Of a DNA stretch of 53,202 nucleotides, positions 30,524 to 41,522 are shown one piece after another; the first letter of the stretch is position 1, and each line of letters opens with the position of its first letter. The position numbers were made by a program, and so were the translations under genes. This DNA comes from Chromatiales bacterium. GTDB taxonomy: Bacteria; Pseudomonadota; Gammaproteobacteria; CAMYNG01. The notes below the pieces were generated by a model, which had not been told where the DNA came from, did no database searches, and was given only the letters and a program-made list of their open reading frames with translations. The stretch covers positions 1 to 53,202 of the forward strand of contig JALTLF010000151.1 of NCBI GenBank assembly GCA_027005735.1. Direction: 5' to 3'.

Positions 30524-33500
30524 CTACTGCGACTCGGCGAGCAGGGCCGAAATATTGTCGATCAGGTCCGTCTCCTGGAAGGGCTTGCCCATGTAACGGT
30601 TCACACCGATGGCGAGCGCGCGATCACGGTGCTTTTCACCCGTACGCGAGGTGATCATGATAATGGGGATATTCTCCAGCGCCCTGTCGTTGCGCATGTT
30701 GGTGGCCAGCTCGAAACCGTCCATGCGTGGCATCTCGATGTCCAGCAGCATGATGTCGGGCTTCACTTCCTGCAACTGGGCCAGCGCATCGACGCCGTCC
30801 TTCGCGGTGACCACCTCCATGTCGTTGCGCTCCAGCAGGCGCGTGGTGACCTTGCGCACGGTGATGGAGTCGTCGACCACCATGACCAGGGGTTTCTTCG
30901 CCTCGGCGGCCTCTTCCTCGCTCGGCGCCACCGGCATGATCTCGGCCTCGGTGTGCTCGGCGAAGTCCACCATGCGCACCAGTGCGCCAAGATCGAGGAT
31001 CAGCACGACACTGCCGTCGCCCATGATGGTGGCACCGGAAATCCCCCGCAGGGTGCTCAGTTGCGGGCCCACCGGCTTGACCACCACTTCGCGGCTGCCG
31101 ATGAGGCCATCGACGCGGATGGCGGCGCGGAAGTCACCGCTGCGCACCAGCAACAGGGGGATGCGCTCGTCGGGCGCGGGCGTGCCGGCCTCGGCCAGGC
31201 CCAGCGTGGCGCCGAGGTTGAGGTAACGGTAGTCCTGCCCTACCCACTTGTAGAGCTTCTTCTCCGACTGCTGCAACTGCTGGATGACCTCGCCGCTGAC
31301 GCGCTCGACGCCTTCCACGCCCAGCAGCGGCACGGCGTAGGTTTCGTCGGCCACGTGTACCAGCAGGGCGCGGGTGACCGACAGCGATTGCGGCAGGCGC
31401 ACGATGAAGCTGGTGCCCTTACCCTTCTCGGTATCGATCTGCAGGGCGCCGCCGAGTTTCTTGATCTCGCTGCTCACCACGTCCATGCCCACGCCACGCC
31501 CGGCGATCTGGGTGACCTCGCTGGCGGTACTGAAGCCGGACTCCATGATCAGGTCCAGCAGTTCGTTCTTGCCCGGTGTCGCGTCGGGATCGAGCAGGCC
31601 ACGGTCGATGGCGGTGGCGCGCACGGCATCGAGATCGATGCCGCGACCGTCGTCACGCATGGTGATCACCAGGTCGTTGCCCTCGCGTTCCAGGTGCAGA
31701 TGGATCTGGCCTGTTTCCTTCTTGCCCGCCGCACTGCGCTCCGCGGGGCTTTCGATACCGTGGGCGATGGCATTGCGCAGCATGTGTTCCAGCGGCGCGA
31801 GCACGCGCTCGAGCACGGTGCGATCAAGTTCATTGTCCATGCCGTGGATGTGCAACTCGGCCTGCTTGCCCAGCTCCTGGCTGGTCTGGCGCGCGATGCG
31901 CCGCAGGCGCGGTACCTGGTTGGAGAAGGGCACCATGCGCGTGCGCATGAGGCCTTCCTGCAGCTCGGTATTCACGCGTGACTGTTGCAGCAGCAGGGTT
32001 TCCGACTCGCGCGTCAGGTTGGCAAGAATGTTGCGCAGGCTGTCGAGGTCATTGAGACTCTCCATCATGCCGCGCGAGAGCTGCTGCATCATGGTGAAGC
32101 GGTCGAACTCCAGCGGGTCGAAGTCTTCGTAACTGCGTCCCGTGGTCTCCTCGAAACGGTGCTGGATCTGCGCCTCGGCCTCGATCTCAAACTTGCGCAA
32201 CTGTTCGCGCAGGCGCGTGACGGTATCGTCCAGTTCCTGCAGGTTGTAGCGGAAGGTATTGTTCTGCTGCTCGAGGCGCGAGCGGTAAATACTCACTTCG
32301 CCGGCAAAGTTGACCAGATCGTCGACGAGATCGGCGCGCACGCGGATCTGCTCGCCCTGGGGTCGCACCACGGGCCGCGCGGGCTCCTTCTCCGCCGGCG
32401 CGACATCGGGAGCGGCCTCCGGCACCGGCTCGGGCGCGCGGCCCTCCAGCGGCACCACGTTGTCGGCGCCCGGGCTGGTGTCCGGGGCTTCCTCGGCCGG
32501 GACGGTGAGATCGAGATCCGGCGCGGGCCCTTCCTCTTCCTCGGGCAACATCAATTCCATCTCCTCGGAATCGGCGCCACCCGGCTCCGGCGAGGACGCC
32601 GGGCCGTCCGTGTCATCGACCTCGGTCTCCGCAGTGGCTTCGGAGAAGTCAAATTCGATCTCCTGGGTCCGATCCGCGGCCTCCGGCGAGGACGACGCGC
32701 TCTCCTCGGCGGGAGACACGGGCGACGGCGCCGCGGCTTCTTCTGCCACCTCGCCGCCGGCGGCCAGGGTGTCGAGCTGGCCGACGAGTTCCGTCGCGGC
32801 CGCCAGGGGACCACGCCGGCGCAGCTGTTCGAGCATCTCGACGAGGCGGTCCTGCGCCTTGAGCAGCAGATTGAACATGGTCGGCGAGACCTGGAGGCGG
32901 CCATCCACCACCGCGGTCAGGAGGGTCTCGATACTGTGGGCAAGATCGCCGATCTCGCTGACCCCCGCCATGCGCGCGCCGCCCTTGAGGGTGTGGAGCT
33001 GGCGTTGCAGGGCCTCGATGTATTCACCATTGGCCTCGTCCTCGGCCCAGGCATGCAGGGTATTGTCGCTCTCCTCGAGGATTTCCGTGCCTTCTTCGAG
33101 GAAGATCTCCAGCAACTCCTCGTCATACTCCTGCGGCAGGGCCGCCGCTTCGGGCGCCGGCGCCGCGTCCGCGCCCCCGGCCGTGGCGGCATCGTCGCCC
33201 GGCGCGCTCTCCGCCGCAAGCTCGTCGTGGAGGGCCTGGATACGCGTGAGCAGGGCGCTGTTGTCGGCCAGCGGCTCGCCCGGCGTGCCCACCTGTTCCA
33301 CCGCCTGGGTGACGTACTCAACGTAGTCCTCGAGCAGATCCACCGCGGCCGTGGGCAGGGACTGCGAGACATCGGACAGCAGCTTGACGTACTTCTCGAA
33401 CAGACCGCTCAGTGCCGCCACGGGCTGCATGCCGGTGGTGCGCGAACTGCCCGAGAGGGTATGCAGGGCACGCAGCAGCTCCGGCGTGACCTCGCTGTTT

Positions 33501-36500
33501 TCCATGATGCGCGCATTGAAGATATATTCGCGCAAGGTCTTGAGGTGAACGTCGGCCTCGTTGCTGTAGATCTGGCGCAGACCGGGATCGATGTCCGGCA
33601 CCACGAACTCACCCTCGACCGCCTCGTGACTCACCGGTGGAGCGGGAGCGACACCCTCTTCCTCGAGACGCTCGATCTCCGTCTCCAGCACCTGCAGGCC
33701 GGTATCCAGATCCACCGGCGTCTCGGCCGCACCCTCCGGTGTTTCATCGGACCGTTCCTCCGCCTGTATCTCGGGAGCGGTGCCCGTGATGTCGGCTTCA
33801 CCGGGGGGCTCGGGCACGGCCTCCAGCATGTCCTCGCTGACTTCCTTGCCCTGGGAAATGTCATGGGCCATTTCCATGAGATGGAAGACCTGGTGATCCG
33901 GCGTCGTGCCCTTGCGGAAGGCATCGAACAGGGCCGGCAGGAGGGCCTGCGCCTTTTCCAGCAGGCGGAAGATGGCCGGTGTGGGCTCGATGGTCCCGTC
34001 GATGACGCGGTTGAGCATGTTCTCGCAGGCCCAGGCAAACTCGCCCAGATCCTGTGCCCCCACCAGGCGGCCACTGCCCTTGAGGGTATGGAAGGAACGT
34101 CGCAGCTCCTTGAGCGATTCGCTGTCCTCCTGGTTGGCCAGCCAGCGCGGCAGCAGGCGGGAGATATTGCCGTGCTCCTCATCGGCCTCTTCGAGGAAGA
34201 TTTCGATGATCTCGTCATCGATCTCCTCGATCACCGAGGCCGGCTGTGCGGCGCTGCTCGAAGCGGCGGTGGGCGCCGGCGTGTTCGCGGTGTCGCCGGC
34301 GGCGGTCTCGAGGGCGACCTCTTCCTCGACGCTGAAGGGGATCTCGCCGCTGGCAAGGGCATCGAGATCCAGATCGGAGAGATCGTCCATGCCCTCGATA
34401 CGAAACTCTTCGCTACCCAGTCCCTTGCGCGTTTCACTGCTGTCATTGACCGGCGACAGATCCACCACCGTGTCTTCGTCGGGGCCTCCACCCATGCCGG
34501 TATCGATGTCGATACCGCCTGCCGCCTCGCCGTCAGCGGCACCTTCCACATCCGGCGCCCGCAGTTCGGCGGTATCCAGTTCCGGGCCTTCCTCCTCGAG
34601 CGGGATATCGAGCAACATCTCTTCCGAGTCGGCCCCTTCCAGGGCATCGCCGATATCGGTCAGGGTCTCGGCCGAGGGATCGATGCCGCCCTCGGGCATG
34701 GGGATGTCGGTCAGGGTGTCATCGTTGAGATCGACCGAATCCGCCTGCGGAGGAGACTCCGGCAGGTCGCCGAGCTCGATATCGACCATGGTTTGATCAT
34801 CATGATCAGGAAAATCATCTGTCGACAACACCTCCGTATCGGCGCTACTGCGTTCATGCACATCCGTGTACTCGGTATCACTGAGCAGGCCAAGCTGGGT
34901 GAGACTCTGCTCGGCCACCTGCAGGATGGACTCGGGACGGCCCCAGCCCTCCATGAGGGACTCGAGATAGTATTCGATGCTGCTGATGGCATCGGCGAGC
35001 ACATCCAGCGAGGAGTCTTCAGGCGCTATCTTGCCGGGAATGAGTTCCTGCTCGATGTAACGGCCGGCGACACTGAGCAGTTCCGCCGCCTGCTCGAGAT
35101 TGAGCATCGCCAGGCCACCCTGGATCTGCGCCATGTATTGGGGCACCTTCTCCAGCAGGTCGGGCCGCGAGGGCGTGCGGCTGAAGTCGGTGAGGGCCTC
35201 CTTGATGCGCGCCATGTCCTCGGAGACTTCCTTGAGGACCGACTTCATCAGCTGGCGGTCGGTAATGTTTATCGAGGTGGCAACGGCATCGGCGTCCTCC
35301 GCCTCTTCGTTGACCACCCGCGCGGTAGACAGATCACCGAGTGCACCCTCCACCGCCAGCAGGGAAGCGGCGGTATCCATGAGCACCGCCTCGTCGATGT
35401 CACGCTTGCCCTGCACCATGTCGTTGAGGACCGCGGCCTGGTCGATCACTTCCTTGCGCTGCACGCCGAGGCCCAGCATGCCGAGGGTATCGGACATCTG
35501 GGTGAGGGTTTCGGCCAGTCCCCGCAGGGTACCGGTATCGCGCGACTCGCTGCGCACGAACAGGTCGAGGCCGTCCTTGACGCGGGTCAGATCGTCGATG
35601 AGCACCGCCGAGACGGTCTTCATCAGTTCGGCGTTGGGACCCGTCATGTCGGCACGGGCCTTCTCCAGGGATTCCTTGTCGGGCAGGGCCTCGGCAAGGC
35701 CGAAGGCATCCTTGAGCTCGGTAACCAGTTCGCCGCTGGAGCGGGAGCAGGAGACGTAATAAAGGAGGTTCTTCAGCAACTCGGTGGGCGGTGTCTCCTT
35801 CAGCGCCGCCTCGCCATGATCGATGATGCGCTTGATCTGGCGATCGACGTTACCCATCAGCAGCTTCAGTGCCACGCTGGATTCGAGCCCGCCGTCGCGC
35901 AGACCCTCCACCACGCCACTGGCCACCCAGAACATGCGGTTGGCCTCGTTGTCGTTGGCGGCCTTGCGCAGCTTGTCGATGACCTGCTGGATCCTGTTCA
36001 GGCTGCCGTCGGGGTCGGTATCGCGGAACCAGCCCAGCAGGCCCAGGTGGTAGGCATGGCGCAACTTGCTGGCGAGATGCGGCAGGTCCTCGGTCTCCTC
36101 GGCCAGCGGCGCCACCAGCGGCGCCTCGACGGAGAGATCGGGCTGGAAGAGGGCGTTTTCCGTCAACAGGGCTTCGCCGCGCGCGGCACGCAGATCATTG
36201 AGCAGGGGCAGCAACAGGACCGGCATGTCCCGCGCGCCGTTCTGCAGGCGCTCCAGGTAATCCGGCAACTGCAGGATACCGCGCATCAGGACCTCGTAGG
36301 CGTCCTCGCGGTTGTTGACCCTGTTCTCGAGCAGGGCCTCGGTGAGCTTCTCCATCTCCTCGGCCACCATGGAGGCGCCGTAGAGTTCCACCATCTGCAG
36401 GGTGCCGTGCACCTGGTGCAGGTAGTTGATGCAGAAACGCAGCTGCGACTCGTCGTCCGGCGTCTCGACATAGGTCTCGAGTGCCGAACGCGCCTGGTTG

Positions 36501-36574
36501 AGAGTGTCGTCGATCTCCGACTTGACCCAGCCAAGCGTGTTGATATCGAGCTGACTCTGGCTCGGCACGCTCAT
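30524..36574 (-). CDS. chpA: ChpA hybrid histidine kinase (multiple Hpt domains, HATPase, CheW, receiver), 2016 aa
   Basis: Start MSVPSQ (ATG at 36574, overlapping the pilK stop); TLGWVKSEI; Hpt HTLKG motifs; HMLRNAIAHG, DDGRG, GRGVGMDVV; C-terminal VVDDS...DIEMPRMDG. Confidence 0.93.
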   Translation of the reverse strand: MSVPSQSQLDINTLGWVKSEIDDTLNQARSALETYVETPDDESQLRFCINYLHQVHGTLQMVELYGASMVAEEMEKLTEALLENRVNNREDAYEVLMRGILQLPDYLERLQNGARDMPVLLLPLLNDLRAARGEALLTENALFQPDLSVEAPLVAPLAEETEDLPHLASKLRHAYHLGLLGWFRDTDPDGSLNRIQQVIDKLRKAANDNEANRMFWVASGVVEGLRDGGLESSVALKLLMGNVDRQIKRIIDHGEAALKETPPTELLKNLLYYVSCSRSSGELVTELKDAFGLAEALPDKESLEKARADMTGPNAELMKTVSAVLIDDLTRVKDGLDLFVRSESRDTGTLRGLAETLTQMSDTLGMLGLGVQRKEVIDQAAVLNDMVQGKRDIDEAVLMDTAASLLAVEGALGDLSTARVVNEEAEDADAVATSINITDRQLMKSVLKEVSEDMARIKEALTDFSRTPSRPDLLEKVPQYMAQIQGGLAMLNLEQAAELLSVAGRYIEQELIPGKIAPEDSSLDVLADAISSIEYYLESLMEGWGRPESILQVAEQSLTQLGLLSDTEYTDVHERSSADTEVLSTDDFPDHDDQTMVDIELGDLPESPPQADSVDLNDDTLTDIPMPEGGIDPSAETLTDIGDALEGADSEEMLLDIPLEEEGPELDTAELRAPDVEGAADGEAAGGIDIDTGMGGGPDEDTVVDLSPVNDSSETRKGLGSEEFRIEGMDDLSDLDLDALASGEIPFSVEEEVALETAAGDTANTPAPTAASSSAAQPASVIEEIDDEIIEIFLEEADEEHGNISRLLPRWLANQEDSESLKELRRSFHTLKGSGRLVGAQDLGEFAWACENMLNRVIDGTIEPTPAIFRLLEKAQALLPALFDAFRKGTTPDHQVFHLMEMAHDISQGKEVSEDMLEAVPEPPGEADITGTAPEIQAEERSDETPEGAAETPVDLDTGLQVLETEIERLEEEGVAPAPPVSHEAVEGEFVVPDIDPGLRQIYSNEADVHLKTLREYIFNARIMENSEVTPELLRALHTLSGSSRTTGMQPVAALSGLFEKYVKLLSDVSQSLPTAAVDLLEDYVEYVTQAVEQVGTPGEPLADNSALLTRIQALHDELAAESAPGDDAATAGGADAAPAPEAAALPQEYDEELLEIFLEEGTEILEESDNTLHAWAEDEANGEYIEALQRQLHTLKGGARMAGVSEIGDLAHSIETLLTAVVDGRLQVSPTMFNLLLKAQDRLVEMLEQLRRRGPLAAATELVGQLDTLAAGGEVAEEAAAPSPVSPAEESASSSPEAADRTQEIEFDFSEATAETEVDDTDGPASSPEPGGADSEEMELMLPEEEEGPAPDLDLTVPAEEAPDTSPGADNVVPLEGRAPEPVPEAAPDVAPAEKEPARPVVRPQGEQIRVRADLVDDLVNFAGEVSIYRSRLEQQNNTFRYNLQELDDTVTRLREQLRKFEIEAEAQIQHRFEETTGRSYEDFDPLEFDRFTMMQQLSRGMMESLNDLDSLRNILANLTRESETLLLQQSRVNTELQEGLMRTRMVPFSNQVPRLRRIARQTSQELGKQAELHIHGMDNELDRTVLERVLAPLEHMLRNAIAHGIESPAERSAAGKKETGQIHLHLEREGNDLVITMRDDGRGIDLDAVRATAIDRGLLDPDATPGKNELLDLIMESGFSTASEVTQIAGRGVGMDVVSSEIKKLGGALQIDTEKGKGTSFIVRLPQSLSVTRALLVHVADETYAVPLLGVEGVERVSGEVIQQLQQSEKKLYKWVGQDYRYLNLGATLGLAEAGTPAPDERIPLLLVRSGDFRAAIRVDGLIGSREVVVKPVGPQLSTLRGISGATIMGDGSVVLILDLGALVRMVDFAEHTEAEIMPVAPSEEEAAEAKKPLVMVVDDSITVRKVTTRLLERNDMEVVTAKDGVDALAQLQEVKPDIMLLDIEMPRMDGFELATNMRNDRALENIPIIMITSRTGEKHRDRALAIGVNRYMGKPFQETDLIDNISALLAESQ

Positions 36575-37482
36575 GCGGCCCTCTCCTCGTCGGGCAGCCG
36601 CCGGAAAGCGACCACGTCTTCGTTGGGTATCTGCACCAGTCGTTCGTGGCGCCACTTGACGAGTTCGCCGGCGCCAAGGATCAGCAGGCCGCCAGGACGC
36701 AGGTGCTCCACCAGGCTGTTGGCGATTTCCGCGCGCCGTTCGCGCTTGAAATAAATGAGCACATTCTGACAGAAGATGATGTCCATCTTGCCCAGCGAGG
36801 CATCGCCTACATCGACGAGATTCATGAGCGTGAAGCACACGCGATCACGGATGGTCCGGCTGAGACGGTAGTGATCGAGGTCATAGGGCAGGAAATAGCG
36901 GCGCAGGAGCTTCACCGGCAGGTTGCGCAGGCGATTGCGATGGTAGATCCCCTGGCGGGCCGTGGCCAGCGAGGCGCGGCTGATATCCGTCGCGGTGACG
37001 GAGAAATAGTTTTCCAGTTCGTGATTGAGAAGGTAGTCGTCCAGTGCGATGGCAAGGGAATACGGCTCTTCACCGGTGGCGCACCCGACGCTCCACACGT
37101 CGATATTGGTCCGGCTTTCATCGCCACGACCGATGAAGCGGAAGAACTGGTCCTCCAGCAGTTGCAGGGCGGCACTGTCACGGTAGAAACGGGTTTCGTG
37201 CACCGTCAGGTGATCGACCAGCAGCTCCCACTCCACGGCACCGTGCGGTCCGTCCTCCAGCAGGCGCATGTATTCGCCATAGCTGTGGCAACCCACTTCG
37301 CTCATGCGCTGGTCGAGGCTGGTGACCAGGAAGGAGCGCCGCTCCGCCGGGATGGTAATGCCGATACGTTCCTCCAGCATTTCCTGCCAGTGCTGAAACA
37401 TACCGTCATCCATGGGCAGAGGGCTGTGCATGGGCCGCCTTCCAGGTTCTGTCGCCAGCGTCTGTGCCGTACTCGTCGTCAT
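36571..37482 (-). CDS. pilK: CheR-like methyltransferase PilK
   Basis: HETRFYRD, WSVGCATGEEPYSLA, ATDIS, IFCQNVLIYF. The start could be slightly downstream. Confidence 0.9.
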   Translation of the reverse strand: MTTSTAQTLATEPGRRPMHSPLPMDDGMFQHWQEMLEERIGITIPAERRSFLVTSLDQRMSEVGCHSYGEYMRLLEDGPHGAVEWELLVDHLTVHETRFYRDSAALQLLEDQFFRFIGRGDESRTNIDVWSVGCATGEEPYSLAIALDDYLLNHELENYFSVTATDISRASLATARQGIYHRNRLRNLPVKLLRRYFLPYDLDHYRLSRTIRDRVCFTLMNLVDVGDASLGKMDIIFCQNVLIYFKRERRAEIANSLVEHLRPGGLLILGAGELVKWRHERLVQIPNEDVVAFRRLPDEERAA

Positions 37483-37508
37483 AGATTAGCGCCGTTGTCG
37501 CCGCACGC

Positions 37509-39554
37509 TCAGGCCGGCAGCTTGAAGCCCGCAACCGAACGACGCAGCTCGTTGGCCAGCTCGGCAAGGTTACCGATGGAGGCCGCCGTTTCGTTGGTAC
37601 CGGCCGACGTCTGCGTGGTGATCTCCTGAATGACGTTCATGGTATCGGAGATGTTGGCCGCGGCGCTTGCCTGTTGCGCGGCGGACTCGGAAATGTTCCG
37701 GATCAGCTCCGACAGGTGGGTGTTGGCCTGCTCGATGGCCGCCAGCGCCTGGCCGGCGTCCTGCGCCAGTTGCGCCCCCTGCACCACGTTGGAGGTACTT
37801 TGCTCCATGGAGGCCACCGCCTCATTGGTGTCGGTCTGGATGGTTTTCACCAGGGCCTCGATTTGGCGCGTCGCATCGGCGGAGCGTTCCGCGAGTCGCT
37901 GTACTTCGTCCGCCACCACCGCGAAGCCGCGGCCCGCCTCGCCGGCCATGGCGGCCTGGATGGCGGCGTTCAGCGCGAGGATGTTCGTCTGCTCGGCGAT
38001 GTCGTTGATGAGTTCCACGATTTCACCGATTTCCTGCGAGGACTCACCGAGACGCTTGATACGCTTCGAGGTCTCCTGGATGTTTTCGCGGATGGCATCC
38101 ATACCCTGGATGGTCTTCTGTACCGCGAGGGTCCCTTCGTGGGCCGTGGCCACCGAGCGGTTCGCTTCGTTGGCCAGTTCCGCCGCATGCGAGGAAACGC
38201 CCTCGATGGACACCGCCATCTCGTTGATGGCGGAGCTCGCCGCCGTGATCTGCTGGGCCTGGTGGTCCGAGGCCTCGGCGAGGTGCATGGCGGTGGCCTG
38301 CGTCTGCTGGGCCGCCGAGGAGACCTGCTGCGTGGTCTCGTTGATGGCGGTAACCAGGTTACGCAGCGCGTCGATAGTGTAGTTGATGGAGTCCGCGATG
38401 GCGCCCGTGATGTCCTCGGTTACCGTCGCCTCCACCGTCAGGTCACCGTCGGCGAGGTCACCCATTTCGTCGAGCAGCCGCAGGATGGCCTGCTGGTTGC
38501 GTTCGTTGGTTTCCTGGGTCTCCTGGCGCTGCTGCATGGCCAGCTCGCGTTGTTCTTCCACGAAGCTCAACTGCTCGCGGCTGTAACGCCAGTAGGTAAA
38601 GCCGAGCAACAACAGCAGAACGAGGGTCAGGATGGAGAGACCCTGGGCCAGTTGCCCGGAGAGGCGCGTGGAGATGGCGTCGCTGTAGGCACCTTCCAGC
38701 GCCACGATGCTGGCAAACAGGGGCTCGCTGTCCGCGATGACCGCCTCCGCCGCGTCGGAAATGTTGAACATCTCCGGTGAGCGCTCGAGGATGGCGCCCA
38801 CCTTGGCGCTCATCTGGTCGAACAGCCTGGAGACTTCCTGCAGGCGCTTGCGCGCCACGGGGTTAGTGACCCGGGTGACACCGATGGTGCGACTGCCGCG
38901 CAACATGCCGTCGAGAACGCGGCCATAGGTGGCAGCGTCACGACCAAAGGTGTCCGCCGCGGTGACCGCACCCTCACCACCTTCCAGTACGCGGGGCACG
39001 TTGGAGGCGATACGCTGGATGAGCATCAACTGGCGCGTGGCGATATAGACCTGTTCGGGGTCGGTGTTGATGCGCTTGAGCGTAGAAACCACTTCGTCGG
39101 TTTGCGCCAGCAGGGTCGGTATCTGCTCGTTGATACTCTGGATACTGCCACGCATGGAGGCGATCACGTCGCGGCCGTTGACGATGATGTCGACGTTCTT
39201 CGAAAACCCGCCCCACTGATCTTCCAGTTCCAGCAGGCGGCTGCTGGCCAGCGCCGGGGTGTTTTCCCGTTGCCATTGAACGATGCCGTCGAATTCATCG
39301 CGCGCCGTCTGCAGGGCCGGGAACATGGCCACGTCGCCACGCGCAGCCTCGGCGGCCAGCTTGGCGATCTTCTGTGACAGTACCTTCTGGGTACCAAGTC
39401 GGGCGATGTATTCGTTGTCCTGTTTACCCTGCTGGGCATCGACGATGAAGAAACCGACCGTGGCAAGCACGGACAGGATCAATGCGCCGATGACGACCAG
39501 CAGAATGCGACCGGATGACAACCCGGTCAAACCGCCTTTCTGTGTCTCCGCCAT
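37509..39554 (-). CDS. pilJ: Methyl-accepting chemoreceptor PilJ
   Basis: ATG at 39554 after AGGAG; two TM segments; [42 protein letters not shown]. Confidence 0.93.
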   Translation of the reverse strand: MAETQKGGLTGLSSGRILLVVIGALILSVLATVGFFIVDAQQGKQDNEYIARLGTQKVLSQKIAKLAAEAARGDVAMFPALQTARDEFDGIVQWQRENTPALASSRLLELEDQWGGFSKNVDIIVNGRDVIASMRGSIQSINEQIPTLLAQTDEVVSTLKRINTDPEQVYIATRQLMLIQRIASNVPRVLEGGEGAVTAADTFGRDAATYGRVLDGMLRGSRTIGVTRVTNPVARKRLQEVSRLFDQMSAKVGAILERSPEMFNISDAAEAVIADSEPLFASIVALEGAYSDAISTRLSGQLAQGLSILTLVLLLLLGFTYWRYSREQLSFVEEQRELAMQQRQETQETNERNQQAILRLLDEMGDLADGDLTVEATVTEDITGAIADSINYTIDALRNLVTAINETTQQVSSAAQQTQATAMHLAEASDHQAQQITAASSAINEMAVSIEGVSSHAAELANEANRSVATAHEGTLAVQKTIQGMDAIRENIQETSKRIKRLGESSQEIGEIVELINDIAEQTNILALNAAIQAAMAGEAGRGFAVVADEVQRLAERSADATRQIEALVKTIQTDTNEAVASMEQSTSNVVQGAQLAQDAGQALAAIEQANTHLSELIRNISESAAQQASAAANISDTMNVIQEITTQTSAGTNETAASIGNLAELANELRRSVAGFKLPA

Positions 39555-39658
39555 GGTAGTACTCCTAGCGTCGGTGGTGTATTCATTATGTTCATGTATC
39601 CGCCGGACATTTCTCAGCCACACCGGCGGCATTACCCGATTTTCAACATCCTGTCAGA

Positions 39659-40210
39659 TCAGCTGTGCGAGGCCACCTGCACGAACTGATCGCTCTCGCG
39701 CAACTTGCGCAAGCTGAAAATCGCCCACAGGTCGTTTCCCTGCCGGTAGGCGCCGGAGAGATACCGTCGCATGCTGTCCGATGCGGGCGGTAACTCGTCG
39801 GTATAATCCTCATCGAAAAAATGCCGCATGCCGACGACTTCGTCGACCACCAGTCCCGCCGAGAGATCACCCTCGTGGACCACCAGCACCCGCGTGCTAC
39901 GCCCCGTTTGCGAGACGCGCTCGTCGATGAGCCCCTGCAAGTCCAGTATCGGCAGCAGGGTACCGCGAATGTTCGCCAGCCCCCTGACCCAGCTATGCGC
40001 ACCCGGTACGCGCGTCATCTCCGGGTAGTCGAGTATCTCGTCCACGTCTTCGAGCCTGGAGACCAGGTTCAGGCCGGCCACCGAGAAGCCGATGCCCGAC
40101 CAGGTACGCCGCACCTCTACCTGTTGCGGCAGGCCCAGCGCGTGGCTGCGGCTGCGTTGTTCCAGTTCCCGCAGCAGGTCGAAAGGCTGTTGCGGCTGCG
40201 TGGCAACCAT
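39659..40210 (-). CDS. pilI: CheW-like PilI
   Basis: WSGIGF, TRVPGAHSWVRGLANIRGTLLPILDL, GLVVDEVVG. Confidence 0.9.
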   Translation of the reverse strand: MVATQPQQPFDLLRELEQRSRSHALGLPQQVEVRRTWSGIGFSVAGLNLVSRLEDVDEILDYPEMTRVPGAHSWVRGLANIRGTLLPILDLQGLIDERVSQTGRSTRVLVVHEGDLSAGLVVDEVVGMRHFFDEDYTDELPPASDSMRRYLSGAYRQGNDLWAIFSLRKLRESDQFVQVASHS

Positions 40211-40218
40211 CTTCGTCG

Positions 40219-40584
40219 CTAGCCCGCCAGCGCCGTGTTCATCTTGCTCACCAGCTCGGCCTCGTCCACCGGCTTGGTGATGTAGTCCTTGGCGCCCTGG
40301 CGAAGACCCCAGACGCGATCCGTTTCCTGATCCTTGGTGGTCACGATGATGATGGGGATGTTCTGCGTTTCCGGATCCTTGGTCAGGGCGCGGGTGGCCT
40401 GGAAGCCGTTGAGCCCCGGCATCACCACGTCCATCAGGATGAGTTCCGGTTTTTCTTCCTTTGCCTTGGCGATACCGGACTCACCATCGGGCGCCGTGCT
40501 CACCGTGTGCCCGTTCTTTTCCAGCATCCCCTTCAGCACATGGGCCTCGGTGGGCGAATCGTCAACTACCAGTATGCGTGCCAT
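40219..40584 (-). CDS. pilH: Response regulator PilH
   Basis: ILVVDDSPT, DVVMPGLNGFQATR, TTKDQETDRVWGLRQGA. Confidence 0.93.
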   Translation of the reverse strand: MARILVVDDSPTEAHVLKGMLEKNGHTVSTAPDGESGIAKAKEEKPELILMDVVMPGLNGFQATRALTKDPETQNIPIIIVTTKDQETDRVWGLRQGAKDYITKPVDEAELVSKMNTALAG

Positions 40585-40670
40585 ATCAGACTCCTGAAAA
40601 CTTCCAACTCGTTGTTCGACTATACCAGCTGGCCCGATGCCGGCTCTGTAACCCTGGTACCGTGTTTCCG

Positions 40671-41054
40671 TCAGGCCAGTACATGCTTTCTGATCGCACC
40701 CAGCAGTTCATCCTTGGTGAAGGGCTTGGTCAGGTACTCCTCCGACCCCACGATTCTCCCCCTCGCCCTGTCAAACAAACCGTCCTTGCTCGACAACATG
40801 ATCACCGGCGTCTTGCTGAAGACCTTGTTGTTCTTGATCAGACGCGTGGTCTGATAACCGTCGAGGCGCGGCATCATGATGTCGACAAAAATGATATCCG
40901 GATTGTTGTCCGCGATTTTCGACAATGCCTCGAAACCGTCCGTTGCGGTTATCACCTCGCAACCGGCCTTTTTCAATAAGGTCTCGGCCGTCCTGCGGAT
41001 GGTCTTGGAGTCATCGATGACCATGACCTTGAGACCCTGTATTCCGTCATCCAT
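40671..41054 (-). CDS. pilG: Response regulator PilG
   Basis: VMVIDDSKTIRRTAETLL, DIMMPRLDGYQ, SSKDGLFDRARGRIVGS. Start at 41054 preferred; 41072 and 41087 are possible. Confidence 0.93.
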   Translation of the reverse strand: MDDGIQGLKVMVIDDSKTIRRTAETLLKKAGCEVITATDGFEALSKIADNNPDIIFVDIMMPRLDGYQTTRLIKNNKVFSKTPVIMLSSKDGLFDRARGRIVGSEEYLTKPFTKDELLGAIRKHVLA

Positions 41055-41522
41055 TGTCTGCTCTGCCAGCATGTTCGTATTCTGCAATTATTGCATTTAT
41101 ATAGTATCCGCTTCGCGTCCGCTTGCGCCTCGCGGCGGCGCGTCCGCAAGCCCCCTTCTCACCGAGCCGGGAACCGCCCCCACGCGCCGCCCCGCCCCAC
41201 GGGGGTTCCGCGCGCAAGACACGATTCTCCGATATTTAACACAAATTTGAGAAACAATCCATAAGTACCCATATAATATAGGATATTTTGCAATTACCCT
41301 GTGTCAAGCAATGGAATGAAAAAAGCGGCCCGCGCCGAAGGGCGTATTACCCTGTATCCCACCCGCAATTGTCTGTATCGTCCATCGCCGGACCGGACTT
41401 AATGCTACGGGCGGATTAATCCTTCTTTTTTGGGCGTCTTTTCCAACGCCAGCGGCAAACCGCCGTAGGACAACGGGTTCCGGGCCCCTCGGGCATACTC
41501 ACGGAGCATACTGGAAACGAAC

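Noticed and set aside
31985-36754. 1589-aa plus-strand ORF
   Set aside because: Antisense shadow of chpA. High-GC codon bias depletes stops on the opposite strand, and there are no recognisable motifs.
36575-36838. 88-aa N-terminal extension of chpA
   Set aside because: Overlaps pilK. The conserved ChpA N-terminus begins at ATG 36574.
41088-41522. Possible sRNA or CRP/Vfr site in the pilG-gshB spacer
   Set aside because: AT-rich divergent promoter region. The best CRP-like match (TGTGT-N6-TCGGA) is weak, and no terminator-bounded RNA is visible.
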